A DNA stretch of 64,000 nt from Microbotryum violaceum. Lineage: Eukaryota. Of the stretch, positions 35,407 to 48,661 are shown piece by piece. How positions within the stretch are numbered: the first letter of the stretch is position 1; every line of letters begins with the position of its first letter. The DNA lies in contig CDLV01000013.1 of assembly GCA_001244265.2 (NCBI GenBank), positions 434,001-498,000 on the forward strand. Direction: 5' to 3'. Below the pieces are notes generated by a model, which had not been told where the DNA came from, did not search any database, and worked only from the letters and a program-made list of their open reading frames with translations. The position numbers and the translations under genes were made by a program.

Positions 35407-38400
35407 ATGTCACCTAGCCCAGGGGAAGTGACCTCCACACCTCCACCCTTACCGACCTGGGAGGACGGGCGCTCGTTGTTGGCGCTGAAAGGGGCGAGGC
35501 GATCAAACCCCGCGCGCTCGTGCGACGACGATCAGCACGACGGCGGCCAGAGCCCGGCAACTCTACGGCGCACGACACCTCAACAGTACCCAGCTCTGAG
35601 CAATGGCGAATCATCCGTGGGAAACGGAGCTACTCTGAACTCAACTATCGGAATGGATCGAGCTCTAATTGGAGTGAACGACGAAGCGATCGATCATCAC
35701 GTGCCCTCGCCGCCACCATCTCCGCCCCACCTCGCCGTCGGCGTTCACGGCCACAGCCATGGCGGCGACGACGAAGATGACGATGGTGATCAGCTTCGGA
35801 AAACAAGAACCAGCGACACGGCTAGTATATCATCAGCGCCGGTCATGACTACCATGTCTGCCGAGCCACGCCCGTCGCCGAGCCTTCTCGGCACCGAAAC
35901 CCACCACGATGGTGCTACCTTCACCGGATCAAGACGAGCGCATACGCTGCCATCGCCACCTCCAAAGACCACCGAAGCTTTTGTACACCACCGTCGAGCC
36001 GATACAGTGCCCATCTTGTTGCAAGCTCCTCCGGGCCCTCTACCGTTCCATTCGCTCGGAACACCCCGCTCGACAATCCAGGATCGACCGGGACCTCCTC
36101 GATCGATCGTCACGCTCATGCTCCTATCGCATCAACGTCCTTGACGAATATGGATAACAGGCGAGAGTCCAGGAGAGTATCGCTGTTTGAGCCTGCTTTC
36201 TACTCGACCTCTTCGGCGTGCAGTCCTTCGCTCGACGACTCCGCCGCTGCCCATCCGTCTGCCAATGGTGTCGCGACGACCTCGTTCGGCAGGGCCACCA
36301 TTGGAAGGCTGACCACTGAAGCGGATCTCAGTCGTCCATCGTCAGCGGGGAGCGCCTTTGACAACCCCAGCCCCCGCCACAGGATCGACAAGAAGGGCAA
36401 AAGCCGTATGAAGAGCGACGACCCGCTCCAGTACTCGGGGTGGGGCACGCAGTTCGAAAGTGTCGACGACCCTCTGGATCCTCTGAGTCAAATGTTCGGA
36501 ACCTCCAGGTCGAGGGAGCCGTCCTCGAACATGAGCCTGGCGACATCGAGAACCACGGAGACCGCGACCACCGCAGCGACAACGATGACCTCAGCTAGTT
36601 TAGATCCATCGGTCCAAGCTCTACTGGATGCGGTTGACCTGGGTGCGGCCCGGAAACTGGTTCAAGATCTTGAAGCACAGCTGCCCGTAGGAACGCCGAC
36701 AATGGGACGTTCTTTGCCTCCGGCCTCGAGTGCCGTGACGGCTTCGACGAGTGTCAAATTTGCGACAACGCCAAGTTCTTCGCCTCCTATCGCGCCGCCC
36801 CCACTGGTCATTCACGCTCCAGCGAAAGGCACGACGCGGCGTCTGTCTTTGTCTGCACCAAGAAGATCATCTCTTCACGGGCTCGACTCAATGGGCAAAG
36901 ATAGCCCGCGGCGCAAATCGTTTAGCGTCGGGAAAGGTTTCGGCAGACAACCGTCAACAAGTTTGCCCACCTCGACCTCAGGGATCATCGCACCGAACCT
37001 GGCAATACCACCGGCGACTCCACAGGAATCAAACTTCACGGTCGCCGCTGGAAACAATGTAGAACAGAGAACTATTGACGAGCGGATCGCGATGGGTGCA
37101 AGTGGACGTTTTTTCGAAGGTCAGTTAGTCCCTTTTGTCTGACCAGGCCCACGAGCCGAGCTGACCTTACCATGTCTTTGTTGTGAATGCTTTTCAGATC
37201 AAATATCCAAGGTTCAACTCCAGCTTTCTCCGGCGACCCATCGCAGGGCACAGAACTGCGTCAAGTATTTGTCGCTGCGTTACAGGCCTCTGGGCGCTCA
37301 ACGTCCGCTGGCCGACGACCCGCCGTTTCCAAACCTGCTAGCAGTGTCTAGATGGAGGTTGGCGAAGCAACAGATCGAGAGCTCGCGAAGCGTCGACGGT
37401 TCCGTCGATGGGCGCAGGTACAGGGGCTCGAGCGGTGCGTTCATCGATACCTCGAAGAAGGTCCCTCCCTATGGAAAGAGGCGGAACGAAAAACCTGGTG
37501 TTTGGGAAGTGTACCCCGACGACATCCTCAACTACATCAAGGCCGGAGGGAAGCTCGAGGATCCCGCAAAGGAGGATCCTGAAGAGCGTTCGAATCGAGT
37601 GTCGATATTGATGCCACCAACCTCCCCGCATTCACGAAGCTTGGGTCGGCACTCCATGTTACCATTCCCGAGAACACGATCACTCACTCCGGATCAGGGA
37701 GGATCGCTCACGTCTGTAAATCGACCCTCTCTATCGAGGGTAAGAGAAGATTCGTACGGTTCTGTTCGACATGCCAAAGTGCGTTCGATCGACAGGTTCC
37801 TCGGCTTCGGTACCCCTAGCGACCCTATCATTGCGAGCTCAAGTGGGTTGCTGGCTTCCCCGCCTCGCACCCATCCGGGTCGATCCAGTGGTTCACTCAA
37901 TGACGATTTTACTCCGGGGTATGACGAGGATCATACGATGATGGAAACACTTGCAGCCCCGAATGGAAATCGGAACGCCAACTCGTACCCGTCACCGCAT
38001 CGATCCAGGTTGACGTCCAGCATTACGCGGCGGTTCGAAAAGATGCGCGGACGAGGTCACGCTCCTTCCTCGTCGATGAATGGATTGGATTGGGAGTCTA
38101 GTGATGGTGGCTTTGGCCCCCTCCAACCGCCTCATCGGAAAGGGTACTACTCCGTCGGCCCCTCACTTCCTGGCACGCCCGAAGGATCCGATCATGAACT
38201 CGGGCTTTCAGCGAGCGCTGGCCCGCGAATTAGCCCGAAGCGAAGTCTTCTTCCCTCGGCAAACCTGAACCTGTCGAATTCGACCTGGAAGAAGGGCACG
38301 GCTTCGCTGCGCCGAAATCGAGATCGGGATGGAGAGCGGAGAGGGAAGGAACCTTTTTCCCCACTATTTCAGTCTCAGAGTCGTCTCAGGTCGAATGGGA

Positions 38401-39829
38401 CCGATTCGGAACATCGTTCTTCGGGTGGCGACGACTCAAAGGCAGTTTGGAAGAAGGATAGCCCCTTGTCCCGTTCGAGAATTGCCAGTGACGGACTTCG
38501 GCTCTATTCGCCCACGTCCGGCCTCAACCTCCTGGACGGCGAGGGGAAGAGACGAAGAACATTCGAAAGTTATAGCGAGGACGATACGGAGGCACTCAAG
38601 AATGATTCGAAAGAGGTCCTTGATGTTTCCGAGGAGCGATTCGCACAGCTGATGCAGTAAGTGGACCAATATGCCTGTGTAATCCGCTAGACTAGTATCT
38701 GATGAGTTTTTTTTCTATCATTCCGCTCAGATCGACCAAAGCCGCTTACTCCGATCTGGACCAAATCGAGTCATTCATTTCCACGGTCCCTCTGACCATC
38801 AAGATCAACTTGGACGGTCTGGTGCGCCTTTCGTCGCAGACGCTGAAGAAGACGGGCATTCAAATCACCGCTCAGGCCCCTCGACTGCCGGCTTCTGTCA
38901 TCCAATCAATCGTTCGACTGGATTCAATCGAAGTCGAGCGTGGCCAGAATCTGACCAGCGTCAAAGCTGAAGGGCGACCGTCGACTTGTGAACCTCTGCA
39001 CGGTATCAAGGAAGGCCGTCCTTCTCACGTCAGATTCGCTTCGACTGGGTCGACAGACTCCTCCGAGTCAGACTCGGACTCGGAAACAACTTCGTCTTCG
39101 TCAGATGACACAGGTAACCGTTCCGACGACGAGAGGGAGCTCGATACCGTTTACACCCTGCCGCGCCGTCGAAAGTCGTCTTTGCCGCCTAATCCCTCGA
39201 CTCCATCACTTCCCCCTCGAGCTGCGACGGACATGGTCGCTCCGTTTGACCCTCTTTCTCGCACCGTCCAAGGGCGCACTCGATCCGCGACCCTCGCTGT
39301 TCCTTCCTCCAGACCCCGCGTGCACCCTACTTTCGACCCTCTCATCGATCTGCAAACGCCTGTCGACCCTATCAAGTCGCTCGAACTGGGTCTGCAAAAG
39401 TTTGAGAAGACTTTTAAGATAATGGACGATGCGGCCGAGAAAGCCCTGGAGGAGCAAAGGTTGCTGAACGTCGAGATTGAGGAGTTGGTGCTCGAGTCGC
39501 GCCAAGTGATGAAGGATTATGATTCAGCGGACCACAGATTTGTAGGTGCCCTGCTCTTGATTACAACGGCTGGCTACTGTGAACACATCAGCTGATCGCA
39601 CAGTCCAACCCTCCTCTAGATCCAGCCACTACAAGAGCAAGTGCATCGAGTGCTGCAGTTACTGGACAAACCTTCTTCGTCCTACGATGGTCTTTGGATC
39701 GCGCTGTCGATCGCGGTCGGCGTCTTACTCTGCCTTGCTCGTTTCGTGGCGATGGTGATCAATTTCGTTCGCTCGGTCATCAAATACCCTTTTCTAAAGG
39801 TTCGCCGCGTCGTCTCCCCGGCAACCTAG
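35407..39829 (+). CDS. Large Ser/Pro-rich hypothetical protein with C-terminal coiled-coil and transmembrane-like segment
   Basis: Collinear plus ORFs separated by GT-AG introns; hydrophobic tail LWIALSIAVGVLLCLARFVAMVI. The 5' junction near 36.0 kb is unresolved. Confidence 0.55.
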
Positions 39830-40364
39830 CGCCTCCTCAATTCGTCCTCTCGCTTTTGCCCCCTGCGTAGAGCAGCGTGTACTGCAGAATCTTTACAGTC
39901 TATTCTTTTGTTGTCGTACTATTTTATCCCGTCATCACTTCGGTCCTAAAGACCATCCTGTAAAAGAGTCTGATATCGAGCACGGTCTTTACTTGTAAAT
40001 ATGGTGGGTTTCTCGTCATGTCAAGCGAGTCCGGCCCGCGCAATCGGCTTCGAATCTCGGAATATTCAGCCGCCGACGTCTGGCTTCTGACTCGGAGTGC
40101 CAGGGAATGTGATCGAGAACAGGCACATGAGGTAGGCGACGCTGCCCAACGATCAGATTTTTTCCACTACTCGCCGGACAGAGCTGCGTTTTCGACATTT
40201 GGCCTCCCTGAGCGGGAACTTCAACTGACCTAGACTCGCAGCTACAGCCCCGGACTCTGCGGAAATCGGAGTAGAGCCGAGAAAGGTGCTGCTCACGCTC
40301 GGACCGCTCTTGGTGACCGGCTCCCCACTTTCGCAGCCGACAAGTTGGGTCACGCCGCCGCCGC

Positions 40365-42276
40365 ATGATCCCCGTCGCCTCGGGATCCGGTACGCGACCA
40401 CCAGGACCACCAATCAACCGAAATGGATCATATCCGGATGCTCCACCAGGCATTTCGCTGAGTCAAGCACCTAGCCTTCGTCAGGGACGAGAAGGAGGAC
40501 GACCAGGAGCGCCGGCGGGAACGATCGCTGGTGCCGTGCCTGTACTTGCTCCTGTGCGACCCTCTCGCAAAGGCAAGGAGAAGGCTTCCGATCAGGACAG
40601 CATCAATACACCTCAGCACGAGCAGGATGACATACAGGACAAGCCCGCACCACGAAAGAGCGCCGTTAAAGGTTCGTCGAGTCGCTCGGATTCAGCCTCG
40701 ATCGCCGCGAAGGATAAGCCCAAGTCTGGCAAGAAGAAGGTCAGGATCGACGTGGCCGAGTCATCCGACTCGGAGTACTCTCCATCATCGAATGCGTCGG
40801 CTGACGGGGATGCCGATGACGGCGAGGACGAAGATGCCGATGCCGAAGCTGAGGCCGATGGGGATGGGGAAGGGGACGAGAGTGAAGTCGGATCAAGATC
40901 CCGCAGACAGAGTTCTGGACACCACGGTCAGGCTGAAGATCTCGAAGCGTGGGACTGGGACTGGGCAGATCCGTCGAGTCTACCTATACCCGGCGTCGCA
41001 GGACGGAAGAAGGAGCTCAAGTATCTTGACGAGGCCATCTACAAATCGGCCCTCTTCGATGCCGCCGAGCAAAGGGTCGACCTGGCGAGGATGCTGCTTG
41101 AATGGCAGGCCCTCAAATCGAGGCAGGATCAATTCGAATCGAGTACAATTGCAGCGGATCAAACGCTCCCACATCCGACGCCCCTTGGACCGTCGCTCGA
41201 GCACAATAGGGACGAACCAGGTCAACCGACGACCAGCGACACAGAGGGGCCGAGAGTGCGCCGAGAGAGTTTGCCTCCCGAGTCGATTCCCTCTGAGGTG
41301 CCCATACCATCAGCGGCCTTTCTCGAAAAAATGTCTAGATGGCCTTTACATCCTTCGCGGCTACCTGCTCAAGACGTCACCTTGCCATTGAAGGACGCGT
41401 TCCACGATCTCGTTGCCGTCGCGCTCGCAGACTCGGTTCTGCTGAACTTGATCCGACCCGCGCCCAGTCCACGCCCTCCACGGGCTCGAAGCGCTTATCA
41501 GGCCAATGCGCCGTTCGCCGTCCATGTCGACCCACCAAACAACCTTTCATCCGAACAAAACGGTGAAATCGGTGGTCTGGATCCAAGTTTGAAATATGAC
41601 GACTCCGACTCCACCGGGACCGAAGACGAGGATGAAGAAGAAGTGCTCACATCATCGCTCGACGATACCCTTGACCAGGCAACCTTGCGCAACCCTCATA
41701 TCCCACGCTTACTGCATCTGCTCGAACAAACGACTGAACTGCTCATCGAAGGAATGTTAGGGCGTGTCCCTTTAGGTCCACCGCCTCCAATGGACTTTTA
41801 CCAACGGACCGGCGCGATCGATCCGGTCCAACTGCCACGGGCTATCGGGTGGGAAACTGTGCTCGATGTTGCAAAAGGAGTCGAAGGAATATCATCAAGG
41901 TACATCGGATGCACCTGTAAAATTTTGAATGAATATCAGGCGAGCGAACTAAGCTAACCTCGCTGCTGCTGGCATTAACAGTGTGATCGAGGAGCTCGAA
42001 CAGAGCATGACGACCTTATATGGACCGGCAAGCCAGGATCCACACCCAATCCAAGTGTTGCCGCCTCTGATCGCTCCTCGCAAGGCTCGTCTACCGAAAC
42101 GTCGGGATACGGCTCCACCAGATCCATCAAAAAGCCGAGAGCAGAGTACGAGGCCGACGGACATTGCTTCTCCCGCATCTGACGAGGAGACGACGTATCG
42201 GGGAAAGAGGCAGAGGCGAGATTCGACCGAGTCGATCGAGCACGACCACAAGAGGTCCAGGCAGAGGACCACGTAA
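40365..42276 (+). CDS. Hypothetical acidic/basic nuclear protein, possibly Rrn9-like
   Basis: 530-aa ORF plus a terminal exon. DLARML..ALK and SRWPL loosely recall the fungal Rrn9 domain (weak). Confidence 0.5.
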
Positions 42277-42740
42277 GAGGAAATGGCACAATTGAACTAT
42301 TATGTGCCGGTTGCTGAACTTGTGATTATTCTTCGCTCGTATGTAGCACTCGCTCCCGTTCAGCCTCACAACAGGCGCCGTCAAGCGGTGCTAATTCGGA
42401 CAGGACGGGCTCGCACGACGATGGAGTCAATGAAGCCCGTGAGGCTCAGAAGTTCAGTAATGCGGAGCGCGATGACAACGATGAGAAAGAAGTGGCAAGT
42501 TTGTTGTCCTCGCTCTGGGTGGCTGGCGTCAGGCCGGCGCCTGCTTAATCCCATCAGTGGTACTCCCGCCGGCCGGCGGCGGTACGAACAGGCCTGAAAA
42601 CAGACATGGCCGCCTCAACATGATAAGGGAGATTATATGTTAGTGACTAGTGATTTAGTTAGTGTTTGTTTGAAGGTATAGAAAATTGATGCAATACAAG
42701 ATAAAAACATTTGTACATTCTCTTCAGCAAACGTATAACA

Positions 42741-45700
42741 CTACTCCTCTTCAAATCGATCCATCCTCGACACCAAGGTCGACGTCATCTCGTAATGCCC
42801 ACTGTTCTCATCGTCCGACTCCTGCTGCTCGTTCGTTTTAGCGTTGCTCTTCGCCCGCATCCTCAGTTGAGAGACCAGTTTCGATGGTCGCCCATACTTC
42901 ATCCCTTCCCGCTCCGGTAACATCTTGATGAGCTTAAGATCATCTTCGCTAGGTTCCTCTCCTGTTTCGTAAGCGGCCGCGACCCTCTTCCTCGCGTCCT
43001 CCAAATCGTGTAGACTGATCCCGGACGGCAAGTACAAGGTCGAGAACATGCGCTGAGTCGCTCGCACGGACGCCAACATGCTTCGAACCTCTTGTGGAGT
43101 CAAAGGCGACCCGTCGGGGTCGGAGGTTGACGATCGAGTCACGGAGTATCCGATCTCCCATTTAGAGGGAAGTAGGTGGGGCGGAGTCGTACGGACCGGA
43201 GCCTCATCGGCTGCTGGCTTGGGCGTAGGGGGTGCGGGGGTATCCTCTCGAGGACCAATCATGACGTGTCGAACCGGTTGTCCGTTGACGTAGTTCGTCC
43301 CTCTGTACTCGAGCAAAGTCAGAGGGCCTCCAACATCATCCGTGGTTGATCCACCCGAGGATTGGGGCGTGACGAAAACCCTCAGCACATCTTCTTTGGG
43401 ACTGGCGGCAAAGGTCATTCGAATCGAACGCTCTGGGTACAGACTCGTCGCTTCAAGTAAAATCTGTTCCAAGAAACCCAAAGCGAGGCGGAAGATTTGA
43501 TTGCCCGTCTCGTGATTGCCAAACAGCGCAACGTCCATTTCTTCGATCGGGACGTATTGGAAGCCGTAGAACGTGCGCGTGGAGTGGTAAGCGACGAAGC
43601 AACCGTCCATGTGGCCGATGCGCGCTTGGAACTGGTACTTAAGGAAGGCCGAGCGAATGAGATCGTAGTACTCGCGTTCGAACGAGTTCCACAATCCTCG
43701 CAGCCGATCGACGGTGTAGCCGGCGCCTTCGATGTAATTCAGCCGATCTTGGCGAATGGCGATCGTCCCCCTGGTCTTGAGATCGAAAGACACATTGGGG
43801 AGATGCGGGTCATGCGCATCGAGCTGAGAACGCAGGACCATGTGATCCGTCTAAAGATTCAAAGCAGCAGGTTAAAATCAGCGCGCCCATTACTCCTTCA
43901 CGATAGACCGTTGCTCTGCTGCAATTTACCGCCATGTAGTGATACGCCTGACGTTGATCAACTTCGGAGGCAGCGGGGTTCGGGCTTGACTTGAGGAACC
44001 TCCTGAACTCGGGCTGATCAGTCGTCAGCAGCTTCTCCATCATATGACCCTGCGGACTCGGTTCAAAATGCACTGACTCAGCCCACGTTAGTACGGCTCA
44101 TCGTCACAGTGCAAACTCACATAGTCGGCCAAGACATTCATCCCCGAGGTGACATCGATTGTTTTGTCCGCATCAATCGAATACCGTCCGTCTTCGTAAA
44201 GGAGCTCGACCGAAGCAGGTAACTGCTGTCCCATACTAAAGTCCTTGTTCTGCGGAGAGACAGTAACAACGACACGAGCTCAGACTTGAAGCACCGACTT
44301 GTGTTCAATAAGCAGGAGACTGACCTGCTTCGTCCATATGCTCGACAGCATGTCCAAATTGACTTCCTTTCCTTTACTGATCCAGAAGTAGATCTGGGCA
44401 TGAGGAGAAGGAGGAGTCAGGACCGCACCCTTTTCGTATGACCCTCTGGTTGGGTTCTCTAGAGTCCGACATACCTGACAAAGCATCGCTACGGTCGAGC
44501 TCGTGCTTCCAACGAGTTTCTTGCCCTCCTTTTGGGCGAGGGCCATCAGATCTTTGTCCTGCGAACTCGTCACGTAGCGTGGCAGTTTGGACTGATCGAA
44601 ATCCTCGATAGGTGGGACATCGTTGAGAAGTCCTCGGGGAAAATTCCAAACGCGAGATCGAGGATCTTGGAGAAAGTGAACACCGGGGTTGAAGAGGACG
44701 CGCTGGAGGCCATGAGTAAGCTTTGCGATAGGCGCCGGGGATCGAGGAAGCACGGTCACCGGCGTTGACGCAGCTGTCAAAAAGTTCGAGTAGTCTGAAC
44801 GCGGAGGCAAAGGGGGCAATTCGGGTTCGACTCTGGTTGCGTTCCTGGTCGAAGAAGTCGATGAGCCTGGTGGCGGTAATCGCTCCCGTTGTAACCAATC
44901 GAGCTTTCGCTGGAGCTGGCCTTGGCGCACATGAAGAGTCTTGACCAAGTGGGCCTGTCCATTCGAGAAGCTTCGTAAGCTACTGTGCAGCGAGAACTTG
45001 GGTCCCTGTCATTCAAATGACTCACATTAAGACTTTTCCGCTTTCCATGTAACTCGCCAAAGAAAGGTGAATCGTCCCTGGGCACCTCAGTGAGCCGTGC
45101 TACATGGACCAGATGGTCTATCTCCCCCATACCAGTGTCATCTGGGGCGGCGTCTGTCTCCTTGAGGTTTTTCGAAGGAACCTGCAGGTCCAAGAGGCGG
45201 GTTCAACGTCAGGCAGCCGACACAGAGCGACGAAGAAGAGGCTGCTCACCGTTTTGCATGGGCCCGATAGCTCTCGCTGTACCCTTTCCTGGTACAGTTT
45301 CTGTAGAGTGCTTCGTGCTTCGGTGTCTAGGGCCTCCCAAGGCGTTTCGAGGGAAGCTAGTGTCCGTTCGGCAGCTGTGAGCCGGCCTTGGAGCCGGTTG
45401 AGTTGCCACAATGTTTTCGCAACGACTTTTTCGTGCGGTGGCGGTCGCGACGACAACACGCGACGCGGTTTCAAGCCTGGCGAGGGTGCTGACGAGGGCG
45501 AGGAGATGGAGGTTGAAGTCGATGGGGCTGCCTGACGAGTGGAGGACTGGCGGGGCTCGGCGGCGGTCGCTTCGAGCATCTCGTTATGCGTCGGCGGGGT
45601 CGAAGCACGGGGCTTATTTCTTACCCGACGAAGTGCAGGGCGCTGAGGAGTGAACTGCCGAGCAAAGGATGATATTGTGCCGTTGGGCATACTGGGATCG

Positions 45701-46269
45701 GGTTGCGAGGAGTCTGACTCGCTCGCACTCGCAGTCGTGCCTTGGTTCGCGTCTTGTGCGGTGCTTGCGATCGACTTTGAGAGCAAGCGGTCAATCACTT
45801 CCGCACTGTTGGAGCTGCTGGTGCGGAAGAGTTGCTCCTGTGAGGCTGATTCCGAGGGCGAGCTTCGTAGACGGCGAGCATGCGCCACTCGTTCGGCCAA
45901 GGTCAACGGTGGTGTGGTGGCGGAGGAAGAGGTGGACGGTGTGTTGGTGGTGTTGGTCGATGAGACCTCAGTGGAAGACTGTGATGAAACGGCGGAAGCT
46001 GAGGTGGAGGTGAATGTTCGGTGTGACGATGCTGACGACGGCGATGACTGCAACGGCGACGACTGCAACGGCGACGACTGCAACGGCGACGACGAGCTCA
46101 AGCAGCTGCGAAATGGCGACGGCGATGGCTGCGACGACGACGAGCCAGGCGAGCCAGACGAGCCAGACGAGCCAGATGTCGTTCGACTCGGGGTCGAGGA
46201 CAGGGACGAGCACGTCGTACGTGTCGCTAAAGAAGCAGCGTGGCGTGTGAGCCAGCTTGGGGTCAGCAT
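42741..46269 (-). CDS. PET127: Mitochondrial RNA 5'-exonuclease Pet127
   Basis: LTHGLQRVLFNPGVH.LQDPRS, YVTSSQD, GSTSS, GHMMEKLLT, LRSQLDAHD, FDLKTR, FEREYYDLIRSAFLKY.FQARIG.MDG.FVAYH. Confidence 0.93.
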
Positions 46270-46446
46270 CTCGTTGTTGGGGTCTGCTGAACTGCTCCGT
46301 CTCACGTGAGCCGCTTTGAACTGTGATGGTGCGACGCAGACCCGCGCGCTGTTCTGCGCGCGCGCCCAAGTGCCGACGACGACGCGGGCGGAGATAAATC
46401 GGGGATTAGGCAGGATTAGATTACTCGGATTAGCTGTTATTACTTT

Positions 46447-46518
46447 CAGTCGGCGCAGTCCCGGCGCAGTTCCGGCAGGTTCCGGCAGGTTCCGGCAGGT
46501 TCCGGCGCAGTTCCGGCG
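46447..46518. repeat. Short tandem (TTCCGGCAGG / TTCCGGCGCAG) array in the PET127-HEM13 divergent promoter
   Basis: About 6-7 units of 10-12 bp, read directly. Confidence 0.8.
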
Positions 46519-46636
46519 CGCCGCCGAATGGGAAAGGAGCTGCAACCAGACCTGATCGATCAACGAGGCTCTCTTCCTTGAGCTTCTCCTTCCTGCACCA
46601 CCCTCTACGGAGCCGACTGCCCTCCTCATCTCGACT

Positions 46637-48448
46637 ATGCTCGCCTGCAGGTGTCAAGCCCGGCGTTCACTCGCTCAGGCCGTTCGCACACGATCGCATG
46701 CGCCCCCCACCTCGTCGCCGTCGCACCACCTCACCGGTCGCACCATCAGTACCTCCTCTCCCGCCTCGGCGCTCCCCTCGGGCTTCAGCTCGGCATCATC
46801 TACATCTCACTCCGCGTCCTCTTTAGCCGGAAGACGCAACATTCTTGGTCTCAGTGCTGCCACTGTAGCAGCTCTGTCCGCCGCGGTGGCCGGGTCCTTG
46901 CTTGAGAATGTGGGTACTCTTCGGCCTGTTCTTGGTCGCTCGGCTTCTCGCCGCATGGTCTGATTGGCCCCTTTCGGATCCGAGCTATGCTCTTGCACTG
47001 AAGCTCATTCTCTCTTCATAGTCATCGAAACCACTCGAGTGCAAGCCCGCTGCACTCGATAGGTCCGCACACTCGGACGAGCTGCCTGACGAGCTGCGCA
47101 AGCTCGGCCTATCGTACGACGTAAGTACAGCAGACCAACCGAGCCGGCAGTCTAGAACGCGATGTTGACACTTCTTTTCTTTTCCCATTACGACCTGCGA
47201 CCTCTACAATACTATCGTACCCGTCCAATTAACTGGTCCCTCCCCGACCACCCCCACATGCGCTCACAGGCAAAGCCTCCTATCGACCTCGATGATACTT
47301 CCATCCCGATGCGTGATCGCATGGTTGCCCACATCCAATCCCTCCAAGACAACATCTGTAACGTGCTCGCCTCGCTTGAGAACGACGACCCCTCTTCCTC
47401 CGCTACTGCTGGATCCGAATCGACCGAAAAGAAGAACTTCCGGTCTTCGTACTACCTTCGGGACAACAACAAGGGCTTCGGTGACTCGCGCGTATTACAA
47501 GACGGCAAAACGTTCGAGAAGGCGGGGTGTAACATCTCAGTCATTCATTCGACCTTGTCGGTTGCTGCCGTCAAGCAGATGCGTGCCGAGCGGTTCGATT
47601 GGTGGGACGGTAAAACCGAATTGCCCTACTTTGTCGCTGGTTGCTCGTTGGTCGTTCATCCCGTGAACCCGCACGCCCCGACGATTCACTTCAACTATCG
47701 ATACTTTGAAATCCACGACCCCAACGGTGACCCTAATGCCCCTCCCAAAGCATGGTGGTTCGGTGGCGGAACCGACATCACCCCTTCCTACCTCTACGAA
47801 GAGGACATCCAACATTTCCACGGCTTGCACAAGCAAGCGTGCGATCGACACGACAAATCGTATTACCCCAAGTTCAAGAAGTGGTGCGACACGTACTTTT
47901 ACATCCCCTTCCGCGGTGAGACACGTGGTTTCGGCGGCATCTTTTTCGACGATTTGGCCGACGGAGACGATGCTCAGGCCTGCTTCAACTTTGTGAGGGA
48001 TTGCTCGAAGCAGTTCCTCAGGGCCTACTACCCCATCATGCAGAGGAGGAAGGATCAGCCTTATACCGAGGAAGAGAAGAGGTGGCAGCAGTTGAGGAGG
48101 GGCCGCTATGTCGAGTTCAATATGAACATCGACAGGTCAGTCTTACCTATTTCAAAGCTTGCAGGCGGACGGGTTTGCGATGCTAAGCCGCCCTTCCTGC
48201 CATTGCACACAGGGGCGTTCGGTTCGGATTGGCGATGAAGCAGCCTCGAGTTGAGAGTATTCTCATGAGTCGTAAGTCGAGCCATTCAGACCCTCAGGTG
48301 AAATGTGCAGCTGATGTGCGCGCTGTGGGTGGTCCCTTCAGTTCCCCTGACCGCTCGATGGGAGTACGAAACTGAAATGGGCACACAAGAAGGGTCGCCC
48401 GAGAAGAAGGTGCTGGACATCCTCAAAGAACCCATCGAATGGGTTTAG
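46637..48448 (+). CDS. HEM13: Oxygen-dependent coproporphyrinogen III oxidase
   Basis: SRVLQDGKTFEKAGCNISV, HPVNPHAPTIHFNYRYFE, WWFGGGTD.TP, YYPKFKKWCD.YF, GGIFFDDL, WQQLRRGRYVEFN, RVESILMS, P.EWV*. Confidence 0.96.
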
Positions 48449-48661
48449 AAAGTTTTTGGAAGTACCGGGCAACGTCAACGGGGGTTTTTTTTTTTTTTTC
48501 TTGGGGTACAGACAGTAGCTTCCGAACTTGGGGAAACATTGCTGCATTGCGCGCCACGTCGGAGTGGTAATGGAGCTGCAAGGCTTGGGTATAATGGCAC
48601 CTACCAAGCGCGATGTGGGTTGGCACATCCTTTGGGATATAGATACGGAGGAGTTGTATGG

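Noticed and set aside
46040-46180. 15-bp and 9-bp tandem repeats
   Set aside because: Coding low-complexity repeats (SSPLQ, SSG) in the Pet127 leader; ordinary slippage.
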